From NCBI GenBank assembly GCA_030704615.1, contig CM060734.1:50220001-50284000 (forward strand): 64,000 bases of DNA, in the 5' to 3' direction. A program made the translations under genes and the position numbers. The DNA comes from Takakia lepidozioides (taxonomy: Eukaryota > Plantae > Bryophyta). The notes below the pieces were generated by a model. The model was not told the DNA's origin. It ran no database searches and worked only from the letters and a program-made list of their open reading frames with translations. Each line of letters opens with the position of its first letter. The first letter of the stretch is position 1. Of this stretch, positions 25,391 to 38,529 are shown piece after piece.

Positions 25391-28300
25391 ACTCATCGTC
25401 AGACACCGGATCCCTACCCTCGCTCCTCTTTCTCATATTGACATTAAAACTAATCAGAGTGTATAACTGGCTGACCCAAAGAAATATCGAACCTCCACTG
25501 GATAGTGGAGGTTCACAATTATCATATCCCAGTCTCGTTGGAAAGTATGTGTCACACTTACAATGTTACACATATCATTCCATCACTCGTTACCACATCG
25601 TCTCACACTGATTTTCATTTTTCCCGGAGTTATCTGATTTCGTCCTAACTTAAAAAAATGTCTTTTAGCTTCCCCATATAGAATTCACGCGAACCTCCAC
25701 TGGGCAGTGGAGGTTCCAGTTTTTGGTTCCTCATATGCATGACATTGGTCTACGAATAGTTTACTTTGGCCTGCACGAAGCCTATTGTTAGCCTATGTCT
25801 AGTGTAGAATACAAGTAGACTAGACTATCGTGGTTTTTCAGAATTGCCGAATTTGACAAAATTGGATATGAAATGAAAATTGCCATTCAGAATTGAATTT
25901 GAATGGGAAGAATGCATCAACTATTGACAAGAACCAAATAACGCTGGATTTGGGGATCAAGAAAACGGTTGAGAAATAAACATCCGGACATTTCCGAAAC
26001 CACTGTCCTAAAAAAACCACCACATTGCACAAAATGGAGCAGGAGTGAAATGAATTGATAGAGAATGAAGCAGGAATTAAGCAAACAACGAAGCAGACAA
26101 CGAAACAGAAACCTAATGTGCACCGAAGCACGGACTGAAGCACTGAAGTAGAGATGAGAGTGCACTGAAGACAGTGCAGTGCAACATAGAATGAAGCAGG
26201 ATCCAAACGAATTGAATCGAGAACATGCCACATGAATCGAGAGCAGGCCATACAAATTGAGAACAGACCAAAACATGACTTGAGAACATGCCAACACAAA
26301 AACATGAAACATAAGACGAAAAGAGGGAGTTTTCAATGTTGTACCTGCTTGTGCCGGCCATTTTGGTGTCCCTGCAACCACAGTCCTTCGTTTGATACTC
26401 TGTTTCGCACCTCCGCCTGTCGGTAATTGCACTATGCTCTCGCCTCTGCACTCGTCAATCTCCACTCACCACTGTCATGTCTCTCTTCCCTGCTCTTCAA
26501 ATTTCACCTATTTCACTCTCTCACCTTTCACCCTCTACTCTCTCTGCACTCGGCCAAATCTGCTCTCTTTCTCTCCACGCTCCAGTATACAGTCTCTTTC
26601 TCTCCGCGCTCCAAAACTCTTCCATTTCACACTCTCCTCTCTCAACAGTCAAGCTCTCACTTGCGCAGCGCTTATGCGTATAAAATATGAAGCCCAAAGG
26701 TCGGGCTCAAAGAGCGCACCCCTTATAAGCGACCTTCAAGAATGATCTGAACCATCGCCTCCGTCCGAAATCAAACGGTCGCGTGGCCCAAATGGATGTT
26801 CTACCCCATCCATGCAAACTAACATTAATACTGTCCATCCACACAGATGAAATTAGTTCAACTTTTGTTCCAAATTGAATGACGAATGCACACACGTTTG
26901 GACAGACGACCGGACAGACGAATGAAAAAAGAACGAAATGATTGTAATGACGCCATTGATCAGACTCTGCAACCCTCACGTTTACAAAAATCTTAAATTA
27001 GATTCGAAGCCGCCAAACCTTGACCCACGCCCCAAACGCCCATGTGATACGCCTAGGCAGTCATTTCGAACTCAATCTGCCAAAGGACACAGTGCTGTAC
27101 CTATGGATTCCTAACACTCTATAATCATTGTCTCATTATGAGCCGTCCACAATCACTTTTCGGCTGTTAGTCGCCAGGCCTCAATATTCCATGACAACAC
27201 CCGCAAGTGCCATATGACATACGGCTTTAAGGATAGTAGATGGCCCCTCGTGTCGGGCATTCCTCGATTTAAGGTCCAGAGCCACCATAGGGACTGCCCA
27301 TTTATCGAGAGATACCCGACACGAGGGGTCCATCCCTACATTAAACATGTGCAAGCAAGCAAGGCACGACAGAGCATTCCGCACACCTGTAATGCACCGC
27401 CCTCGGTGTCCAATGCAATGCACCGGCATGTAATGCCCTGCCCTGCCCAAGTGTTTTATTCACTGTAACAACACGATAAATATAAACAGAACAATCTCAA
27501 AGTGGTTTATGGTTCACCTCCGGATTCCTCCCAGTTAATTATAATGATTGATTGTTAATGTGCAGTCCATAATTAGTTGTGGCGATTAGCCGCCTGACTT
27601 CATTTCTCCAGGCCACTTGTCAGAATCGACATCCTTCACGCTTATTCCAGAGTCTGCTGTCAGAGCCGGACGATAATGATGCTAGACATGTAGTCCTACT
27701 AACGTACAAGTACGATAGAATTCAGTCTGATCGCGACTGTTAATGTTTGTTCCATAATTAATGTGACAATGGCTGTCAATAAATGGAAAATTGTGCACAC
27801 TTTCAATGAAGCCGTGATTTCGTGAGTTGAAATAAGCCGTTCGATTCCGCCTTAATCCACGGTGGCCATAATCGATCCGGGAGAGAAAGCAGACCACACT
27901 GCCATTGGAGCGATTCAAAGATGAAAGTTACATATCACCTCTATATAACGTCCGACTCCACACAACACCAACTTCCCACTGTGAACCTCTCACTTGCTTC
28001 TTTTCTCTCACGCACCTCTCTGGGCATCCTGCACCTCTCTGGACAACGTGTACCTCTTTGCCTGTCCTGCACGACTCTGCCCATAGGGTACTTCTGAAGC
28101 AGCCTCTGAGTCTCTCCCTGCTTCCTTAGTCTCAGGTGTCAACTGCACATTTCTCACGTAAGATAGTATGATACTCATTTTTTTTTGTACTCTCCATGTG
28201 CACCAGCTAAACTTGCTTTTGTTTGTCTAAAGTTATTCCCAAACCTCCAGTGGGCAGTCACCACATTCATATTCATCCATCCATAGAATCAATTTTTAAT

Positions 28301-28499
28301 CTACAAAGGGCTTTTTTATTATCCATCGTTCATCCATGTGGTTGATTTCATCAACAGATATCATCTAACCTTCACTGTCCAGTGGAGGTTGGCATTTGTG
28401 ACTTCATCTGATAGTGCAGATAGATGTAGTCTATACTCCGCCCTCATACTCCAGTTTAATTCCAATTGTTTTTCATCAGTCCCAATGTAGATCCAAACA

Positions 28500-31400
28500 T
28501 TGACTTTACTTTTTCAAACCATATTTGTTTCCTCATTCAAAACCGTCGAAAAAGTTATACTCAAGGTTTCTCCTTTCAGTGGCATGACGTTCTTTCCTTC
28601 AGTTAATCTTCCGTCCTGTAATAGGATTTTACTGAACCTCCACTGCCCAGTGGAGGTTACTAACTTCATGGGGTTCCAAGTAGGCCAAAGGGTGTTTTTG
28701 TCGCTTCCTGGATCTCCTTCAGTTGTTGCCTCAGGAGATTGCATGAATGTTTCTGGGGAAGGAACTTGCCACGGACACCACTTGTGTTCGTCCACCATTT
28801 CAGTTACCCTAATGTTTTGTGATGACGCATTCGGCTCCTCTCCTCTGCCTTATCAACACATGGATGCTGACACATTGAAGGAGGCGATTGGGACTCCAGT
28901 TGTGTGGGACGTGTCCTGTGTTTGCATGCATGAAACTGTGGATTCAGCATCCCAGAGAAACCCAGGATGTCATTCCATCACAAAAGATAATGATTATCAA
29001 GGACAAAACACTGAAAACAATGAAATTCCGTCCAACGGTGAGACTGAAGGGGATTTGCCTGTAGGTCTGGAGAGAGATTGTTGGAGAAACTTGCAATGTC
29101 TTCTTCTTGGGGAGGACGGAAACGTCCTGTTCGAAGGCCGAATTCAGGCATGCATTCCTAACGAGATGATTCTGAATGACAAATTCGGAGAGAACGATGT
29201 TGGGGTTCTGGTCACCAGAACAATCTTCGGAGAATCTGGTTCACTGATGTCGATTGTGAAATGACCATTAACAAAAACAAGACTTCTTGAAAAATGGCTG
29301 GATACTCTCCGTTGATCTCGAAAATTTCCTACGATCATGCAGTGACATGGAGAATGACGACCATGGTACAAACGTAAAGAAAGTAGCATACAGACATTTT
29401 ACTAGGAAGAAGAAACCATCCAATATGGAGGACTAAAAAAAGTGCAAGAAAAATCTTACTTTGGATGAAGTGAGGTCGGTGAGCAGCAAACCTTGCTGCA
29501 AGCTTCAGTGCTGCCAATATTTTGATTGGAGAAAAACCTTGGCAATTCGTACTTCATTTTGGGGTTTGTCATTCGATGAGAGGAGAGAACTTGGATTGAA
29601 TGTTTCAAAACGACTGCACATTATGGATGGATCATTGCGAAGGTCGTATGTTACGATAGAAGGTGTTGATGTTTGTGAGAAAGCATGGTGGATAATACAC
29701 GGAATTGGAAGGTCAGCGTACATGGAGTACAAAAAGCTCAATAAAGAGGGCTGTTTGTCATCTTTCCACGGAAATCGTGGCGTCAAGTGGCCTCGACCAG
29801 GGACACTCCATGCAGAGGGGAACATTATGTCCATTATCAATGCCAATACTGACCTTATGCCTCACAAAACACGTTGCATTGGAGAGGGACGTCGGGATAC
29901 TTTGAGAATTTTGCCACCCGAAATGAACTGGAAGAGAATTCGAGAGGAGTCCAACGAGGTGACCTTTATTCGTTGTCCCCTTTTCTTTTTTCAAAATACT
30001 GTGGCTGATTTTATTCTTGTTGATGCTATCATGCTTTCTTGGTCTTCCACTTTGCAGAACCTTCACTGCCTAGTGGACGTTGACATTATTGGGGAGTTGG
30101 GGTGCAGACAAACAAACTGCTCGGTTTGAAAGGAGTCTCGCAGCCAGCTATAAGCCGTATACGGAATCGAATATTTCATAACATGGAGGTTCGGAAAACA
30201 GGAAACACCTTTGTTAAGTGCACAGAATGCGAGATGTTGAAGGACTTGATCAAGAAGTCAATTAAGAGGAGTTCCGAACAAGTCGCACATAAGCGGGCGC
30301 TTGATTTGCACTTGAGGCATCAAGAGTTATGCAGAAGGTTGTACCATAGCTGGAGGAATGAGTCCGTTATGATTCCGGAGGAGTTCCTGTGTATTATTCA
30401 TGATAAGATGGATAATAGGAAAACGGCTATTCCGAGGCTACAGACGACGAACAAGATGGTCTCGGGATTGGGTCAGTTGTCTATCTCATTGACAGGAATG
30501 GTTACGAACGGACACGGTGATGGAGCTTACGCTCAATTTTCACTTGAGTTCTGGAAAAATAATTCAAACTTCACAATTGGGTCGCTGGCTCGGTGCCTGC
30601 GCCAACTGGAAAAGTCGGCATGCCGGGAATCCATGAACATTTTCGACACTGAAGTTCAAAATGATTTTTTTGAAACGCTCATGAGAGGTAAATCGAGATG
30701 TTTGGAGGCTCTGAAACCCTGCAGGCCCCACGATAAACGTAGTGCTTAACCACTTCCTAGATGAATTTATTTGCAGATGGATAACTCCTCCAAAGACAAT
30801 AAGAACAGATGGATGCTTGCTTTCTTATCCCTCCTCACTGCAAAAGATGTCTTTGAAGAGATCCAGCTAGGTTTCCTCATGGTCGGGCACACCCATGAGG
30901 ATATTGACGGATTCTTTAGCTATCTCTCGAAGAAGCTAAAGGAACGCAACACCTACATTCTTCCGGATTTGATGAGGTCATTCATGATCTCCCAAGATAT
31001 GCAATTCATTCCTCAAATCATTCAGGAGGTTCCCGACTTCAAGAAGTTTGTTAAGGGTTGTATTCATGATGGAAATGAGGCTTTGGTCGGGATCTCAGAG
31101 ATGCACGTCTTTTGGTTTTTTAAGGATGCGGATGGCTGACCCGTTATGAAGTACAAGAAGTCAGCTATTGATTCGAAGTGGCTTCCTACAAACTCTAGCG
31201 TTAAGATGTAGAAGTCCAACCCTGATGGGACTCCAAATCTTCCTGAAGGAGACCCAGATGCCATTCCAAGGGGACGACTCCTTAGAAAAACAGTCATTCA
31301 TAAAAAATGGTATTAAGAAATACAGAGATTTTTGGACCAAATGAATGTTGCTTGACGATCATTACCGGGGTGTGATGGAACAATATGACCAATACTGGGG

Positions 31401-31924
31401 AAATATTCTCGCCGAACTTGATAAACCAATGAAGGACATTCCGGATCGTATTCAGCTTCTTGAGGGATTTTGGCCGAAAACAAATTGGTCCTCAAACCAT
31501 CGGAGGGATGACATCCAGCCACAAATACTGGAAGATATGGAAGAATGAAGTTCCAGAACCTTACTATGGCCTTATGTGCGAGCGTCCAAGGATACCCTTA
31601 AATCCGTTCAAGGATATTGAAAAAGGGTTTTTTGTGCTCGGTCGTCCTCATGACCCAACGACGTGCCCGGTCTGGATGGGAATGGCAATTTCAGATTTCA
31701 TCCGAGAAATGGAAGATCCTAATTTTAAGAAAGTGAAGGTGGAGTGGTGCAGACCGAAGAAAGGAGGTAACCCCTCAGACTTTGAGAGGTACAGGGACTG
31801 TTGGTCAAAAGTTTGGGAGTACAACCCGTCATATTCTCCTCACTGGATCCACGTGAACAATGTCGTGTGGACAATGCGCCATGAAAAAATACGACAAGAA
31901 ATAGCACCAAGAGAATTACAGTAG
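28500..31924 (+). pseudogene. DDE transposase, Sola-like (DUF7869-type), with intron ~29958-30107, stops and frameshifts
   Basis: CCKLQC, VCEKAW..IHG, KCTEC..H, IIHDKMD, QMDNSSKDNKN and FLMVGHTHEDIDGFF motifs. The superfamily label comes from recalled motif similarity, not from a search. Confidence 0.75.
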
Positions 31925-32197
31925 TGGAAGCAGTGAAGGCGCGCGCGAATTTTGGATGTGGCTAACCTTCAGCCATATACCTAAATGTTTCCTTCTTGCG
32001 AACCACTTTCCATTCATGGACTAAATGTTGAGGTCATTTCCGGTCTAAGATTAAAAAAAAATCTTTACGCTTTTCTCCCTTCGTGTTTACGTTGGGTGAT
32101 CCTTCCTGTCTTCTTTTTCTGTCGCATTGAACCTCGACTGGGCAGCGGACGTTCATCTATTTTCTTTTGCCGTGTTGGATTCTGCACTGTTGTACAT

Positions 32198-35098
32198 TGT
32201 CGCGCACCTCACTTCGGTAAGCTCCCCCCCCCCCCCCTCAAGTCATAGTTACTCGCTTGATGCGCGCGTCTAACTCCCAACCTGGCCGCCGGGCCAACTT
32301 GGAGCTTCGGCTGCTCACCAGGACATAACGGTCCCCCTTTGATCTCCCAAAGAACCCTCCAACGGTTTGCAATTGGATTCCTAAGCTAGCTAAGCTGGGC
32401 TTAGCATGCATTTCCTCCCCCACGGTCCAAGGTTGATGTCCCCATCAACGCTTCTTCCGCTTTTGAGGTCGCCCTTCGAAAACTGCAACCGCCTCGGATG
32501 CGTTTCCCATTTCTGAGGCACGCACCCAAGATGCCTCCACATGATGATAGCCCTTCCATTTGACGAGATACTCCGTTTCTCGGTTCTTGAACCTCATCGA
32601 CTTAAGTACTGCCTCCACCTCATACTCAGGTTCATTTTCATGATCCAACAACACAGGTGGCGAACGCTCCACGGCCCACTCCCTTGCTGACAGAAGGTTT
32701 ATTCGCCCTCCCATGGGTTTGGGCATTTCCGACACTCGTAAGACCTCGCCACCATTCCCACATGGCAGCGTGACTACTCTCTTGCAGCAATCTCTGACCG
32801 CTCCAGATTTGCTTTAAAAGGTCATCCCCAAAATGAGATCCACTCCATCGATCTCGCAGATGGTGAAGTTCTCACGTCCCTCCCAACTCCCCAGTTGAAG
32901 AGGAACATCAAACGCCACCCTTGTCGCCAATTGCGGTTCTCCTTTGGCAGAACGCACCTCAATAGAGGCCCCCACGTCACTTGTCGGGAGTCCCAGCTTT
33001 TGTGCCGTTGCCGGTGTCATGAAGGAGTGCGACGCTCCTGTGTCCACCAACAACGACACGTTAGTTCCGGATATTATCCCATCCACGAACAATAACTGAC
33101 TCCCTTTACGTAAGGCGCCAGTTTCCTAATACAACTCACAAGAAAATTTGCCTACCTTGCAAGTCCTGGCGACCACCGCTTCCACCAAACGACTGATGGT
33201 ATCTTCCGACAGCTCTGTGGTCGCCCGAGTCATGTTCAATTGCCGGGGCTTCGTGCACTTCTTGGCCATGTGCCCGGGCTCCCCGCAATTGAAACACACT
33301 CCATCAAAGGTCACCTTCTGTCCGCCATAGGCCGCTCCACCTGCTTTTCCTTTCGAAGCACCGGGTGCCGCCTTGACTTGTGAAGGCCCTCCCTTTGATT
33401 TCCACGTGCCATTGTCGCCGCGCGGCCTATCCCACTTCTTTTCCGGTTAGAAGGAGTCACCTTCCCGTCGGGTCTTCTTGTGGTTCAGCTCTGTATGGCC
33501 TTGTCTTTCACCCTTAGGGACATCCGAGAAACATTCAGCCCTCTCAATTGCCTCGTTCAAAGTCTTAGGTGGCTTCTCCTCCAATTTCCGCCTGGCCCAT
33601 GGGGCCAGTCCCGCCACAAAGTTGAAGACCATTTCTGGTTCTGCCATGTCCGCGATTTCGAGCAACAGCACATTGAAAGCCTGGACATATCCCCGAATGT
33701 CATCTGTTTGCTTCAAATTCCTCATCTTGTCCCGGGCGAGCCAGGACGCGTTGAGGGGCACAAACTACCTCTTCATCAATTCCTTGAACCCACTCCAGTT
33801 CAAGGTTTCCGGGCTTGGACCTCGGTCGTGAAGGCGTTTCTGCCACCATTGTTGAGCATAGCCCCTCAAATAGGTGGGAGCCACTTCCACCCGATCCTCG
33901 TCACTCAACTTGGCCGCCCGGAAGTACTGCTCTAGCTCCAAGAGCCAGGTGTTGAGTGCCTTCCGATTTCGGACGCCCTCGAAGGTGCCGGGTTCCTTAG
34001 GCTTCACCTTAAACTTTGCCTTAGTGGAAGTGGCATTAGCTGCCTTCAACACGTCTTTCAACGTCCCGCCAAATTGCGCCAATATCCCTTTCCAAAAGGC
34101 TGCCGGCATGGGAGGCATCTGTTGGTCGGTCGGAGCTCTCAAGGATTCCTCAGGCTCCGACTCCTCAGATTCCTCCCGCTCTTGAGCGGCCTCGTTTTCG
34201 GAAACATGCATCGCTTCCTCAAACGGCCGCCTCGGTGACACGTCGCCCCCGTCGGGCTCACCAGGATCATCATCTTTTGGGCCGTTCCGCTTTCACTTTG
34301 GCTTGCCCGACCCCATGATGAGGCCAATCCCAAGGACGATCGCGTACTAAACTCTAAGCTCTGATACCAAGTGTCGCGCACCTCACTTCGGTAAGCTCCC
34401 CCCCCTCAAGTCATAGTTACTCGCTTGATGCGCGTGCCTAACTCCCAACCTGGCCGCCGGGCCAACTTGGAGCTTCGGCTGCTCACCAGGACATAACGGT
34501 CCCCCTTTGATCTCCCAAAGAACCCTCCAACGGTTTGGAACCAGCGGAATTCCCTTTGGTAGTTGGCAGTCCGGGACAGCTCCCCACTCTTTGGTCGCTT
34601 TCTGGCTCGCACGCTTACTCACTAGCTTTTGGTCACCAATGGGCTTGCACCGTTCTCGGGGTTACTACTCCTTATATATACTTCTGTAGCTGTCCGCGGG
34701 GGTTTCACAAACAACCATGCCATTTTATGGCGAACCACCACGAACACCCTCGACTCCCGGTGATGAGCCGCGGTGAGTCTTGGCCCACCCACCACAGCCC
34801 CTATGGACCGTGATGAGTCCCAAGACTCCCCACGACTCCCACCACGAGGTCTCCGCCCCAGGGTGAGTCCTATGCCACCCCCACTAAGTCCCGCTAAGCT
34901 ACCACCACCCCTTGTGGAGCCACCCCCACCGCAAACCGGTGTGCGGGGCTCCACCTAGTGAGCGTCTCCGCCTCCTTGAGTGCTTTGGGCACTCAAGGGT
35001 GCTTCAGCCCCCCATACCTATCGCTGCCACTGCCCCCACCACAGGGGCAGCCCCTCTTGTGTCCCGACCCCCTGCCCTCAAGGCAAGGGGCCGCGACA
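32198..35098 (-). mobile_element. Non-autonomous chromovirus (gag-zinc knuckle-protease-chromodomain; RT/RH/IN absent) with 5-bp TSD TACAT
   Basis: TGTCGCG...CGCGACA termini; TACAT on both sides; tRNA-iMet PBS TGGTATCAGAGC at 34358-34369; PPT at ~32412-32422; CFNCGEPGHMAKKC; LVDTGASHSF; EYEVE...YLVKWKGY. Confidence 0.93.
34372..35098 (-). repeat. 5' LTR (727 bp)
   Basis: Adjacent to the PBS; 34372-34537 is repeated at 32198-32369. Confidence 0.9.
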
Positions 35099-35299
35099 TA
35101 CATTCTATTCATCTATATATATTCGTGACATGGGGGATTCTGGCTTACAAAATAGACAGTGCACCCAAAAAAAATGCTGGCACAACCCCTGGATTCTTTC
35201 TTTTCCAATCCGGTCTAAATGTTTTCTTGCAATGTCTCGTTCTAGTGCTCAGTGCGAGTCTTCCATATTTGTTTGTCCATTTATACCTTTACCATCACC

Positions 35300-35600
35300 T
35301 CTAAATCTTTACCCTTCATTTTACCCTTCCCTTAACCCTTCCATAGGCTTAAGCCGGACACTTAGTAACCTAAACCATTACTCTTACCATGTACCCAAAA
35401 CCTTTGTGTACTACCATAAATCCAAACCCTAAACCCTTACCTTCCCTTTACCCTTTCCCTTAATAATCCTTATCCCAAGCTTAAGCGTGACCCTTAGCAC
35501 CCTAAACCATTACTTTTACCATATACCAAAAACCTTAGTGTAGTACCTTACTTATAATAAACTCCAAACCTTATTGTACTACCATGTTACATCTTGTAAA
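35300..35600. repeat. Imperfect ~120-bp tandem units rich in TTACCCT/AAACCCT
   Basis: CCTAAACCATTACT(C/T)TTACCAT...AAAACCTT.GTGTA at ~35370 and ~35500. Confidence 0.6.
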
Positions 35601-36297
35601 ATTTGTATCATTCTCTTAATGTTTTCTTTAATTTTGTTGGATAATGTATGATAGAATGATTGCATGGATATCAAATTCCCCTTACATTTTTACATTCTAC
35701 AGAGGTTTAGAGTCGTCCATATTTGTTTCTCTCTTTCTATCCTAAACCCTCCCCACAAACTTGGACCTTATTGCACTTAATATATCTAGTTACACCCCAA
35801 ACCTTATTTTACTACCCTTAGTAGTAGGTCATCTTCCTAATGTTTCAAGCTATTTTAATATTTTACTGCCCTTCTCACACCTAAAATATCATTCCAATGG
35901 CATTGTCTTTGAATATTGTGCTTGTCAGCATGAAGATTCAATCAAAATTACTATCAACTTATATCAAGTATGGTAAAGTACTATGAGTCTATCCCATGTT
36001 CGATTCGACACATTTGTTTATCGTGATTACATAATGTAATATTACATCATTCGACTTCCCAGTGGACGTTCAATGATTCATTGTTCAGTTACACTGCAAC
36101 TTCACAAGCACTTCAATGTCAAATGGACATCTTATATGTTACATTTTGAAGCAAGTATGCAATCACTTGTAATTTCACAAAGTTCAATCACACATTACTA
36201 TCCAAGATATTATTAACATTTGAATTAATTTTAATTAAAATATACATTAAGTTTGGTCCGGATTTAAGCCAAAAGTCCAGAATTAGTTAAAATAGGG

Positions 36298-38032
36298 TTG
36301 AGGGGATTATTTCACATATTGGGTACTAAGATCAACCTCTCTACAGTTAATCATCCACAGACTGATGGTCAAACCAAACGCGTAAACCAGATTTTGGAGC
36401 AGTATCTTTGCTGTACGATAAATTATCACCAAGATAATTGGACAGACCTTCTGTCATTGGCTGAGTTTGCCTATAACAACACTATATATTCTTCGATCAA
36501 ACAAACTTCATTTTTCTCCAATTATGGTCATCATCCTCGAGCAAACGCTTTCCACATGAAGACTGTTGGAAGCCCTGCTATAGAAAATCTTTCTATTCAT
36601 CTTATTATGATTCACAAGGAGCTTACATTCCACCTCGCAGAAGCTAAAAAACAATACAAGGAATATGTAGATCAACATCGCCAACTCCAACCCCAGTTCA
36701 AGGTCGGAGATCGTCTGAAGATCTCTGTTGTTTGTCCAGGTAAAAGAGAGGTTTGAAGCGTCCGGGAAAACTGCGGTGGATTCCACCAGGTTATGGTTTT
36801 GAATACCCGAGAGCCATTGGTCCATTTCAATCGTGTTGGGGTTGAAGTTCCCAACGCCATGTCTATCCTCGTAAGATTCCAACATACAAACCTCGTGACC
36901 ATCAAGGAAGTTGGATTATCAACGCTTGAGACCATTCAAAATTATTTGACAAATAAATCCAGTCAGTTTTCAGCTTGAACTCCCACGAAGTATGCGCATC
37001 CATCTAATATTTCTTGTTTCATTATTGGAGTTGTATCATACATCGAATTTTCCAGGGAGAGTCTCCATACCACCTCCATTAATCGAAGTCAATCTGGAAA
37101 TCGAGTATGAAGTCGACGAAGTCCTAGACTCTCGCATCAAGTATAAACGTCTTGAGTATTTCGTACATTGGAAATGTTACGACATCAGCGAACGAACGTG
37201 ATAACCTTTATTCAACCTCACCAATGCATCTGACAAAGTCCAAGAGTTTCAACAACGATATCGAGCTAAGCCCCAAGCTACACGTCAATAAGACGTCACA
37301 ACGATGATGTCAGCCAAGTTAGCTTCAAGGTGAAGACTCCACAGTTAGTGTACTTGATACACGCTAAGGAGAGAGGTTCTCCAACTCCAAGCAAGTCCAA
37401 GATTTTACCGCTCTTCGAGGAACTCAGCGCTAGAGGAGGGGTGGTGTCATGGACATAGCCCAGAGAAATTTACCAGGAATAAATACCAGAAGTTATCAAG
37501 TTACCATGATCTACCATGATCTACCCTGATTTTTTTTATCATAAATTACCATTAGTTACCGGGAGTTTACCAAATTACTGAAAATAACTTGGGAAACTGC
37601 TGAACAAGCTTCATTTGGAGGAAACTTGTCTATCAAGATACCTCATTTGTTTGAGAAAACTTCTCTATCAAGAAACCTCCTTTATGAAAGCCTCTTAGGA
37701 AACCTCCTAGTAGCCAGTATATGTAAAAGGTGAAACTGGACACTCTTAAGTCTTGCCAACACAAGTTCAAGCTACTCTTGTTCCTAATCCCAGTACTCAA
37801 GCTTCTAGTACTCTAGTCCAGTTTCCAGTATCTGGTACCCCAGTCCAGTTTCCAGCATTTCAGTATTCAAGTCGAGTTCCAGTATCTTGTACTCTTGTCC
37901 ATTGTTATAAATATCATCTTGATTCATGTTTATCCATTATGCAATCGGCCACGCCGACCTTGATTTTTTGTCTAGTCTTGTACCTCTAGTCTGATATCTT
38001 GTTTGTGTTCACTCATATTCTCGTCTTTGACA
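36298..38032 (+). mobile_element. Tcn1-like chromovirus 3' portion: integrase C-half, chromodomain, PPT and 3' LTR (37445-38032)
   Basis: HPQTDGQTKRVNQILEQYL, LAEFAYNN, EYEVDEVLDSR...YFVHWK; PPT AGAGGAGGGG; LTR TGTCA...TGACA. Confidence 0.9.
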
Positions 38033-38039
38033 ACAACAG

Positions 38040-38525
38040 TGATAATGTAATTTGTTTGGTTGAAGAATGTATAGTGTTATTGTAGGAAAACTCAGCCAAT
38101 GGCAGAAGGTTTGTTTAATTATCTTGGTGATAATTTATCGTACAACAAAGATATTGCTCCAAAATCTGGTTTACGCGTTCAGTTTGACAATCAGTCTGTG
38201 GATGATTAACTGTAGAGAGGTTGATCTTTATATTGATAATGTGAAATAATCCCCTCCAAAAATTTGATATGAACTGTGGTCATTGATCAGATACGATGTT
38301 TTTCGGGAGTCCGTGAATGCAATAGATATTATTGAGGAAGAGTCTTGTAGTCTCCTCGCCTGTAACTGTCTTATTACATAGAATGAAATGTGTCATGTTC
38401 GTAAAACGATCCACAATAACAAGGATCGAATCGGCGGTCTTGGAAATTGGAAGGTCCGTAATAAAGTCCATAGACAAGGACGACCATGGACCCTGGGGAA
38501 TGGGTAATGGTTGAAGAATGCCATA
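38040..38525 (-). pseudogene. Integrase core fragment of the same Tcn1-like family in opposite orientation
   Basis: SMDFITDLP, ILVIVDRFT, HGLPKNIVSD; 38045-38256 is an inverted homologue of 36301-36510. Confidence 0.88.
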
Positions 38526-38529
38526 ATAT

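Larger units (their letters stand above)
24290..36297. mobile_element. Probable extent of the large Sola-like DNA element (left end not seen)
   Basis: A shared 24-bp palindrome is scattered from 24580 to 36070; sharp junction AAAATAGGG|Gypsy integrase at ~36297. Confidence 0.45.

Noticed and set aside
35424-35437. Interstitial telomere repeat
   Set aside because: Only two AAACCCT units, inside an AT/C-rich transposon repeat.
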